NCBI GenBank assembly: GCA_051362555.1
Contig: CM120640.1
Location: forward strand, 35,297,967-35,361,966
Direction: 5' to 3'
Origin: Lingula anatina
Lineage: Eukaryota > Animalia > Brachiopoda
DNA length: 64,000 nucleotides
Of the stretch, positions 36,850 through 48,500 are shown piece after piece (position 1 is the first letter of the stretch; every line of letters begins with the position of its first letter). The position numbers and the translations under genes were made by a program. The notes under the pieces were generated by a model. That model was not told where the DNA came from. It saw only the letters and a program-made list of their open reading frames with translations, and ran no database searches.

Positions 36850-38600
36850 AAGTGGGTCAAATAATTTACTAACTGGAATTCAATATGATAATAGTTCAAT
36901 TAAAAAGTAACAAAACTTCACTTAAAATCAAAGAAGCGAATTACTTAAATTAGAATGACAATTTAACTTCAGAGTAACATCTATTGACCTATAGTGGTAG
37001 CAAATCGTAGTGCACCAACAAATAAATTACTAACATTCAAAGTGGCAATACTTAATCAAAATAATTAAATTACTTCAATTCAAGTGACATTTATGAAAAT
37101 CAAAGTGTGGCAAAATGAATTATTCAAATTACATTATTTATTACATTATTTAACTTTAAAGTAGCATAACTTAAATCAAAGGACAACAACAAATACTACA
37201 TTTATTCAAAGTGACATTATTAACCCAAAAGAAAAAAAATAATAATCAATTTCTGAAATTCAAACTGACATTGCTTGAATGCAATCATGAAATCAAAATG
37301 ACAACTAAAACCAAAGTTCATATAGGACCAGAAAAACCAATTACTTGATTTCAAAATGATATCAAATTCAAAGTGATATTATTTAAATTTGTGCCAATCA
37401 TATCAATTAGTTAGAATCATATTTTAAATCAATGTGACATTACTTAAACAAATGTGTATCAAAACTTTTAATTCTAAATGGCAATGCATCAAAACAATCA
37501 ATTAAAAATGAAATTGTATAAAAACCATGCAGGGTCAAAAAACATTAATGCTTGAACATCCAACAATATTTCACAAAGTGGGCCAATTATTTAATAACTG
37601 AAAGTCAAAATGAAATTACTAATATCAAGGTGGGAAATCAAATTTATTTCTTTAAAAAAAAACATTTTAATTAATCAAAAAGAGACAACAAACAAATTTC
37701 ATTTTAAAATAACTACTTAAATCAAAATTGAACAAATTAATTATATTAATATTATTTCATTCAAATGGCATAACTTAAACTGAAGTCAAAACAAATTAAT
37801 CAATTGCATTCAAATTGATATCACTTACATTTAGAGAATTATAACTAACATTTAGATGGACATAAAGTGGGAAAAAATGCCAAACATTAGAATTTAAAAA
37901 GACAAATTAAAGTGACATTATTTAAAGTGGACCAACATGTTATTTAGAATAACAAGGGCATTACTTAAAATGAAAGTGGGGCCAAAGAAATCAATTAAAT
38001 CAATTTAAATTGACATAACAAAATCAAAGAGATGTAACTAAAATCACAGGGAGGCATTAAATCAGTTTCTTAAAAGTAAAATTTACAAAATCTATATCAA
38101 AGTTTGACATCAAATCACTTAAACCACTTAAGTGACATTACATCAAAAGCCAACAAAAATAATTGCAATGGGCAATACTTACAGACATATTGGGGCTAAA
38201 CAAGTAAATCACTGAAAAAAAAAAAATAAATAAAATGAAAAAGAAAATCAATTAAAATATCAAACAAAGCAATCACTTCAATTAAAAAGTGCATCATCTA
38301 AATCAAAGTAACTGAAAGCAATTAATAACTTGAAATGAAAATGAATGACATATTAAACAAATTGGCAAATTTTAAAGAAATATTTTTAATATCAATGTGA
38401 CAGTACATAAATGATGGTTTGACCAAAATTAATGATGATACATCAATCAAAAAAGTCATTTCTTTAAATCAATCAAAGAACTGCTTGATTATTAAATGAC
38501 AAAGTAATGTAACTGAAATCAAAGTGGGCTAAAAAATCAAGTCAAACTTTCATTTTTAATATCAAAGTATATTTCTTGAAACACAAAGATTTAACTTCAC
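36850..38600. repeat. Highly degenerate A-rich minisatellite-like array
   Basis: Dozens of variants of (c)ttaaatcaaagtgacatta; strong A excess on the + strand; no ORF of 60 aa or more. Confidence 0.6.
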
Positions 38601-39717
38601 CAAAACCTAACAAATTAATTACCACGAGTTCCAACAACAACGTTAACTATGGGTATTAGGGATTTTGTATAAAAATTCGTTCTTACTTGCGGGTGCATGT
38701 AGTTTCATGTAACAGTATTCTAAAAGTGCAGCTGCCATAGCTCTTCTGCACTCTAGGTATGGTCGACAGCTTTCGTACGGTAGGGGGTGAACGAAGTGGA
38801 GAGCCTATATATAGGGTGTGAGCACTAGCCCGCCTAGTTAGACCATTTGGCTAAAATATGATATGTGTTGGACGACCGTACAAAGACTACACTTACTTTT
38901 CATGGTCACGTGGCGAATTGAGAGACCTCGAAGTATCTGTACTCCACTCTGCGTTTTAGAGTAGCAGCAGGCTTAGAGAATTTATGTACATGTATATAGT
39001 TTTTGGGGGGGAGGGGGAGGGGGATGGCTGTTAAAAGCCTTCACTTCATGACAGTATTTCATTTGTTCTGTATGTGGAACTCATTTAGGTCTATTTAAAT
39101 TTTACTGATATAGTGGTGGGGGAATGGAAAATTCTAACACTTTTACAACCCCCCCCCCCCCCAAAAAAAAAAAGAAAAAAAAAAAAAACCTTCCCACGTA
39201 CGTCTCTGTTTTCACAATCTATATACAGAAAATGCTGGAACCGCACCGTAGTCAGCGTAGTGTATCAGGCAATGTCGTTTACTGACACCATAAACGACAG
39301 AGACGTGCTGATATAGTGGAGTCGGCTGTTCAGTAGAGTTTCCAGTACGTTTTATCTAAAACTCAGGGTGCCGTCTTCCATCTCGCACTCGGAAAAACAA
39401 TTTTAATACTCATTCATCACGGAACCATGCATAGTCCCCCACCTGTACCAAATTGCTTAAATACCTCGTAGAGCATTTATTTTTAGAATTTAAAAAATAA
39501 AATAAATTATCTTGTCTTTGCATGCCATCATACAGGATGATTGCATTATGAAAACTTAATACCATGATATTTTTTCGTATCTGAACAGTGGCGGATTTAG
39601 GTGAACTTTCAAAAAAGTATTAACCATGATGTCAAATTACGAAAATTCATTGATTGGGTTTTATTATTAATATTATTATTATTGATATAGTTTTTGTTTT
39701 TATTTGTTAACCTAATC

Positions 39718-39759
39718 TATTATTATTATTATTATTATTATAATTATTATTATTATTGC

Positions 39760-39828
<69 letters not shown>
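39718..39828. repeat. (TAT)n microsatellite
   Basis: Directly visible. Confidence 0.95.
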
Positions 39829-39830
<2 letters not shown>

Positions 39831-40239
39831 TTTTGAGAATAATATCTTACTTAATTAAGTTAATATTTTTATAAATATTTTACACTTCACCAATATTTTG
39901 GAAAAGTGCTCAATAAATCATCACCATTCTACGCCTGAGCTAAATGCTTAAAATATTTTAATTTTTAACATATTCCTGCAAAATTCGGATTGGGAAAACC
40001 CGACTTTGAAAAGGCTTGTCTTGATTTTCCTGCCACCTTGAAATATGTACGGACTTTAGGGAGCAACCGTTCTAATTTTTCAAAAGATAGTCTTTTGTTT
40101 TATTAATCTTTCGTATGTACCTGAATAAGAAGCATTATATCAAAAATCTTTCATAAAAATCATTCAAATAAATTATAAATTTGTTTTCTGCCTTTATTTC
40201 ATTGTGTTGAAAGATGAAATATATTGATACTGGCTGGTC

Positions 40240-40275
40240 CTATTGATTGGTCGTCAAAACAATATGGCGGATATC
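40240..40275 (+). promoter_or_regulatory. Candidate CEP126 core promoter
   Basis: Reverse CCAAT (ATTGG, 40246-40250) and YY1-like ATGGCGG (40264-40270) in a locally CpG-richer patch upstream of the first candidate exon. Confidence 0.45.
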
Positions 40276-40920
40276 ACATAGCCCTAACGTTAATCGGTGC
40301 TTCGAATTTATATTTTAGAAATAATTGATCTTCATAATGACATTTCAGTCGATTTTCGAGGAAAACTGGAAGGTATAGAAAAGGGGAATGGTTAAAGCAC
40401 TTTAAAATGCTGGGCGGCACGTATTCGTATCCTTTTACAAGGTTATATTTTTCTGGATTAATTTGTGTTAATTCAATATTTATGTATTTCTTAAATTATA
40501 AATACAGTCAGATAATCTGCTCTCAGATCAGTGCGTATTTTATTGTTTATGACAGATGGTTTTCCCGGGCAGCAAGAAATATTAGGATTCAATTATAATT
40601 TGAGTTGTGTAAGGAACTGGTCATATCACAACTTGTGACACAAGGAATATAGGGTATACATGGCTGCACTCTCACTTGTTATGTATCTGTAAGATATTTT
40701 CTTCATCTACGTATTATATATTATTAATCCCGTTAAGTTGTTATAATTATTATTTTTGTAACACTGCTATATGAATATTTTGTGCCCTTTGACTACATTC
40801 TGTTATGTCCATCATTGTAACTCCATTTCATAGTTATCCCCTGCATCAAAAGTCTCCCAAACTGCTAATTAGATAAATCTTTATGGATAGTATTAGGGGC
40901 TTATTTAAGGGTAAACCACC

Positions 40921-40958
<38 letters not shown>

Positions 40959-42293
40959 ATTTATTTGGAAAACTACTTCTTTGCAACCCAAAAACTATGA
41001 TGTGCTTTGGTATATAAAAATTGTTTAGTCCAAATAGCTAAGATATATGCTAGCCATTTATTTAATGTTTGGTCTATATTTTTATGTTTCTTAGAGATTT
41101 GTACATTGATATATGTTTTAGTGCCTTAGCTGTAACAGGTCTTCTGTATAATTAATTTACCAGTTCCAGTGGTTTATTTCAAGTGCCATTAGGAAAATAA
41201 TAATCATGATAAATTATTGACATTATTGATGTATGTTAAAGAGAGCAGTGAAGTTTGTCAAATATATGTCCACCAATACTCATTTTGTGGTGAAGATTAA
41301 GTGATTGCCAGATTTTCTGTGTGCCTGTTAATGCTCTAATCTGAATATTTCATGATATGTTGCCTTCCATTACAACATCATTATTTCAACACCTCTAACC
41401 CTTACATTGTTTGTTTGGAAACTTAGTATAACACCCTACATTTCAGAGTTTATTACTTAAGTGAAAGAATACAGATAGTATTACTTGGAGTTTTGGTGCC
41501 AAGAAACTTATGTTGTGGAGATGAGTTTTACTAAAGGAGTCTGTTTCACAGATAGTTTGTAGCACTTTTGTAATAGATACTGTCTTTACATATCACAAAG
41601 AATCTATCAAGCGACTTACCTTGCCTCGTCCACGTTTTAACCATGGTCTTTTAGCAAACTGCGATCATCTTTCCCATTTAAGTATGTTGAGTACATTTAT
41701 TTTGGGCTAATTATTCTACTCATTACCTCAAATTAAACTGCTTAGTCTGATTTCCAGTTATGGCAGTTAAACTTCACCCAAACAGGCCTCTGTACTTTGA
41801 TATACAGGGTGGTTTTCACAGACAGACAATCTCTGTACATGTCAAACAGTCGCCAGAGATATTTGAGTCACACTTAACTTGTCAAGGTAGTAGGACATGA
41901 TTAAGGTAGATTTCTGGTAATCAATTGTAGATTTGCTAAGTAATTGTTTTGACTCAGTTGCTTGTCACAAAATCGTTCAGAGAATGTGACACATTCACAT
42001 ATTTATGATCGTTCAGGACAGAAGGGATTATTAAGCAACATTTCTTATGCATTGGGTATGATTTCCTTCAGACGAGTTCAGAGCAACTGAGCATGTTTAG
42101 ATCGACACATTATCTCAAAGATAATTGAGATATATATCATCATATTGTTTTGTATGCAAGTACATGAAAATTTTGATTGTCAACAGAGTATGGAAGTGGA
42201 AGTATAAGGGATTATCTGTGAATAGGGCTGACTTATTGAAATACATGGGCTTATTCACCAAGTCTTCTGTTATTCAAGGTTACTTATGATAAG

Positions 42294-42493
42294 ATGTTCA
42301 AGAACACAGAAAGTGAAGTTATTATAACTCTTTCCTTGACAAATGTGTCCAGTAAAAAATTCCAGCATATAGAAAAAGAGCACATAGATCACCTGAAGAA
42401 AGAAATCTATGGGGAACGCCATGAAGTCATCTCCAAGACCAAGAAACTTTCATTGGAAACTAACAAGAGAAGAAAGTAGGTGGACACTGATTT

Positions 42494-42590
<97 letters not shown>

Positions 42591-45500
42591 TATTTTGTTC
42601 AAGTTTAGACCAAGTTATTTTCGTAATTACATGTAGATTATGACCACATTTAGATAATATAGTTATGGTAATAACTTGCTAAATTTCAAGCCTCATTTAT
42701 TCTACATATTTTTTTCAAAAAAAAAATTGTTACCCTTCAAAGCATAATAACTGACAGAATTTTTCTGGTGTTACTCATCTTTTGGAAATGTTCAGTAAGT
42801 ACAATAATACATTGTGTTTGAAATTAGTGAGTTATTACTGTTAATTGTCAGTTGTATGCTCATATTGTCAAGAAAATTGACATATCCCAGGGTAGCAGAC
42901 TTAAAAAAAGGTTAAACTTCTTATTTAATAAACCAAAGGAGGAAAAATTTTATTGTGAAATTTTGTTTGATAAGTACCAGTATCTGTTTTGTCTAGTGTC
43001 AGGTACATTTTTTATAAAGTTTATTTGATTTTTTATAGATAATATTACACTGAGCAGACTAAACAACATGGGCCAGGGGCATTATAATTATGGACTCATG
43101 GACTCAAAAAGAGATTTAATAGAAAGATAAATGAATAAATAGATACATAAGAAAATAATTGGTTTGATTAAAATTGATTGAATTAATAAATGGATGGAAT
43201 GATGTATCCAAAACAAATAAATAAGTTTACCTTACAAGTTACAAGGGACATGCTTAATACTCCTGGTGTGACATCTGTTCAGCTTCCCTTCAGTTTAGAC
43301 TGGGTTCCCATACCTGGATCAATCTAACAGGATTGATCCATCTCCAAGGGGTGTCTTGCTAAATTGTTTTCAGTCAAAGCAGCTTAATTAATTACCGTCT
43401 AGCAGCTTCAGTAGGCATGACAGACATCTAAGCCATTTAAGTTGATTGCAATTTAGCGAGACTCCTCTTGGAGATAGATCGATCCACAGTTAATACGATA
43501 GGGAATGGTCCCTTAGTCCCTGTTATCTGGGAATGTTATTTGGGAATGGCCCCTTAGTCCCTGTTATCTTGTTACTGCTTGGAGAACAAATTTTTACCTG
43601 GCATTCTCACTCCCCTCAAAATTGGGGTTTTGACAGTATTTAACAGTCAACATCAAACTCAAACATCAATTTTAATGAAATTAAAAATTTTCTGTTGTTA
43701 CATATTTTTGTGAGAGAGTGCCAAAATTCATTGATTAAGCAGTCACAAACCTGGGCTCCGTATCTCGAAAGGTTCGCTATGTTGCGCATGCATGCGCGAG
43801 CATCTCGATTCCATGGCCCCGTATTTTGAAAGAATTGGTTATGGAATCGAGACATTTGCGCATGTGCGCAACATAGCAAACCTTTCGAGATATGGAGCCC
43901 TGGTGTAACTGGGGCTTCAGCTTCAAGGTGTGGTGGCTCAATTGTTACAATTTCTTGTAACTTCTCTAACACATTTATCACAACCTGTAGTGCATTAGAT
44001 ACCAACAAGTGGTATTTAGAAACCAACAAAGAACATTAGCACTAAATGCACTGAACAATGTTTTGTGGTGTACCTTTATAAACAAAAATAAAAGGAAACC
44101 GGAGTGTTTGGCAACATTTAGCCCTTGGCAGGTTACATAATCATTAATTTATTTAGCTTTCTTGTGGCGGTCATGTTTGTCGAAAAGAATGTTGTTTCTT
44201 GCGTCTAATGATTGTTTGTTAACAGTTGAATGTTAAGGGTTGGTGACATTATCCCCAATCATGGTTCAGTAAATGTTATTTCAATTCCTCGGGAATTATG
44301 CACATAGCAATAGTACGTTTGTGGCTGTTTACTTTATGGAACCAATTGTTAATGGACACAATTCTCTATTCTAGTTATTTTAACACAACGTTCAGGACTG
44401 TTTCAATTTATTCAATGCTTTGAATGTATCCGCACCATACACTGGGCAGGAAGGGGTGATATTTGTTAATGAGAGTTCACATTTAAAGGTTCAGAGAATG
44501 TTTAGCCAGACCGGTTACAGAACAAGGGGGGTTCTATGGCTTGGCCGTGTTTGCAAGTGTGTGTGTGTGTTGATAGCGAAGGTAGAGTTCAAATATGGAG
44601 TTTGCTGAAACCATAGCAGGGGGGTGGAATAATGGGGAAGACAACATGGATTATACAGTCACCCTGCACCTGTGTCCAGCCAGTAATATGTGGCTGCAGA
44701 CGCAGACAGTTCTAAGGTAGGAGAAAGAGAAACTTTTCCTTGGTAACATAGACCTGGCCCCATTTTTTTTTTGCTTGTTAAATTTTATGGCTGCCTGTAC
44801 TAATCCTCTTACTGCAGAGGATGAGTTTTCAAAGAGAAGGGATATTGTTACTAGTACTTTGGGAACTGGAGTTGGGTTGCCAGGGAAATCAAGTTGTGGT
44901 ATATTTTGTCTAAAATTTGGTAGAGATGTACAGTACGAGTTGATGCTCTATGATTGTCGTTTGGCTTTTAATGGGCAAGAGAGATCTAGGTAGCATGGAT
45001 GGTTTCATGGCAGGTACTTCATAATATAAAGATTTATGCCAAAACTAAAATATATATATAATTATACAGTATTATACATGTCACAGTTTGCTTCACTTTC
45101 CTACCTTTTATGAGACTGCAGAAAGAAAAACAGTATCCTACACATTGTTATTGTGTTCAAAAACTTAATGATTATTTGCAAAAAAAAAAAAAAAAAAAAC
45201 TGTGCTTATGTGTGAATTTTTTATTTAAAAAAGTAGGAACTTTGTATTTTTTCGTTAGTGTTAGTGTATAGCTTTATCTTCTTTAGAATAACTAAAATAT
45301 TGGTATAATATTGGTATGTCATACAAAAAGAATAGGATAAAAAAATGAAAATAAAAATGATAATGTATAAATATAAAGAGAAAATTTGTATTGCTAACAT
45401 GTTGATTGGAAATATATTCAGTTTTTATGTGAATCTGTTTGTAGCTTTTTAATGACATTATGACATAAACCCTTTTTGATTTATGATTTATGTTCAATAT

Positions 45501-48500
45501 TTACTAGACTGTTTGATTTTTCCTGCGCTGTTGATAAAGTGGTTTTGTATCAAATATAAATTTGTCAAATTGTATTTTAATTATATAAAAAAGGAAAATA
45601 AATTTTATCCCATCTCATATTAAATATTTCTAGATCTATTATTTCTCAAGCAAATATATATATATTTATTTGTTAGAGCTCTTGCTGCTAAGAAAAAACT
45701 TGAAGCACAGAAGGAAGAAAAAAGGAGACAAGAAATCTTAGCCAAAAGGAGAGAAAAACAACAGGAGGCCACTGAAAGATTTCAGAGAAATAACAGAACA
45801 AGGACAGGATCATATAGCAGCCCAAGACGTAAGTGTTTACTGATCGGTGTGTTCACACCCACAAGGTGAAAGAGATCTTAATCAAATCATTTCATACATT
45901 ATTTCAACACCATTAAAGGTGAAGTTCGTGATATTTGACTAATTTAAATATTGTGTTGTGAGGTATAAGCAACGGGGTTGATGAGATTAATGCCTTCCAG
46001 TTTAATGGGTGATTACTTTTTTTGATCTAGTATGTTAAGAATAGTAAGTTTTAAGAACCTTAGCTATCTTGTGCACGTGACCATACTTCAAAATCCTAAA
46101 GGTCTTGACTCATAACCTTCAAATACTTTTTATTTCTGAAGGAAAATAGGGGCTATTATGTAGTATTTTTGTGTGTAAACACATTTTGTTGTCATTTCAT
46201 TTCTGGCAGATGAAGGGATTTTTAATCAATACTTCAGCATTTGTATCCAGGGATTATGTGCTTCTTGTTTACTCTGAAAAGTGGAAAGCTGTGTTAAATA
46301 ACTCTAGTGTACTTCTTCATAGGCGAGGTTCTATAAAAATAGATCTTTCAGTTGTGCTATGTTAGATCTATTCCGTAAAAACTATAAGGGTAGAAAAAAA
46401 AGTTTTTTGGATTACTTAGAGACCAGGTTCCAGAAATTCTTGGATTACTCCAATAATATTGAATATTGGATTTTAAATCATTTCAGATCAGTTTAGCCCG
46501 AATCACACAACCCCAGCTTTGGAAGAGGCTCTGAGGGCAGTGAGGAATAGTCCAAACCACTACCGCAGCAGTAGCTATGATAACTATGTAGCAACAAACA
46601 GTGTCCCTCAGAGTGGGTTCAGGACAGTGTCAGCAAGGCAGCCATTTCACCTACATGGTGGGAATACGGGTAGCAGTTACGGACGACGAGATTATGGACA
46701 AGATAATCAGCATGACTCTTATGTGGAGTATAACTCAAAAGAGACACCCTTACAGGAATCTTTAAATAAGCCATACCCAAATAAATATGGGGTGCCACCT
46801 GCAACACGGGTGTACGAACATGCACGTGAGGTGAAAAAGGCGACTGCTCTTCACAATAAGAGTTTGAGGAATCTGAACAATAGTAAAAGTTTGTTTGAGC
46901 AACAGTTAGAAGAGCAGCAGCGAAAGCTGCATGAGCAGCAGCAAAGGACATTAAAGGATTTCAACGTTGAGATTCTCAGAGAGATCAATAGGGAAATTGA
47001 TAGTGAAGAGGGCAATGAGGCAGAGAGGAGGAGCAGTGTGTCAAGTGCTGACAGTCTAGAAGCACACAACAATCAGGGCTATCAGTCTTACGGGGCAGAT
47101 AAAAAACAGGACAGTTACTCACAGCAGGTTAACTACAATGGGACCACTTCTCAAAAGGTGCCTGCCACAAAAAATGGTGCATTCGTGACAGAAATACAGT
47201 CAAATTTTGATGTGGCTGCCACGTCAACACCACCAGGCTTACAAAACCATCTGCATGGCACAAATGCTAACGATGTAACTCTAGAGGATGCAAATGAGAG
47301 TGTGCCCGACTCGTTGGAAGAGATCAATCCACATACATTAGAAATAACAACGCGGATGGGTTTCAGTAATGGCAAATCAAATCACACTCAAAACCAGTCA
47401 GCTGTGAGGCAGTATCAGCATTCTGCATCTACAAAACCAACTGGATATAGCCCTACTACTACAAACACTGGTGTTTACTCACAGTCTAGTAACCAAGGCA
47501 GAGTTGGGACAGAAATAAATTCACAGCCCAACCTAGGCAGAGTTGGCACAGAAATAAATTCACAGCCCAACCAAGGCAGAGTTGGGGCAGACTATTCTCA
47601 GCCCAATCAAGGCAGAAGTGGGCCTGAGACATACGCTCAGCCTAGCCAAAGCAGGACTGTGGGTGGGGTTGATGTATTTAGACACACGCAGTTTAATACT
47701 TATACACAAAGTCATGCTCAGGATCAGCTGGTGAATAGACAAGATGCAAAATCTATTACCACTGATAACAATATGTACAAATCAAATAACGTGAGCAGTA
47801 CAAGTACAGTTAATAGAGGTCTCAGTTCAGGTTCACAACCCCAAAGTGGCATTCAGCCAAAGAGGGCTACAGACCAGGATACTGGTGTTCATAGTGATAA
47901 TAACAATAAGGATCAACAGCCATATACGTCTTCTTATTCTGGCAGGACTGAGACAATATCTAATGGACCGTCTTATCCATCTTATGCTGAAACAGCAAAT
48001 TATGTTAAAGAACTCCAGGCTGAGAGGTATAGGACTAGTGCATTTAATATTCATACTAAAGCTTGGGGGACTCCCTCTCCTTCTCCTGCTGATACAGGGG
48101 ATGGTCATGGACAGTCGGAGGGGGCTGCACCCCAGCCTCAACCCCCTTTAGATACAAAACAGCAGCAGCAGCAGGGCAGATATACTCGGCCCTACAGCTC
48201 TAAGACAGCAGCAACTAGTATAACCAGTGCTTATATGAATCCATCTATGGGGGTCGGTCCTAGTACGGTTGCTTCGCCTTCCTCCCACCCAGCTGTGAGT
48301 GCAGTATACAGAGACGTTCCACAACCTTCCAGGCAAGAACGCATTGTAGATGGTGCCAGGGATCAGGATTCGAATCAGATTCCCAGTGGGAAAGGGTCAA
48401 ATTTAAGCGGTGCTGAGCAGGGGAGGGAGGAATCGGCACAGGAGGAACAAGAGGGATCTGTAGGAGGCTCAGATGCCACGGATCCCAGTAAGATGCAACC

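Noticed and set aside
39195-39307. Short inverted repeat acgtctctgt / acagagacgt as a tRNA or MITE
   Set aside because: Only about 10 bp of pairing, no cloverleaf or A/B boxes, no TSD.
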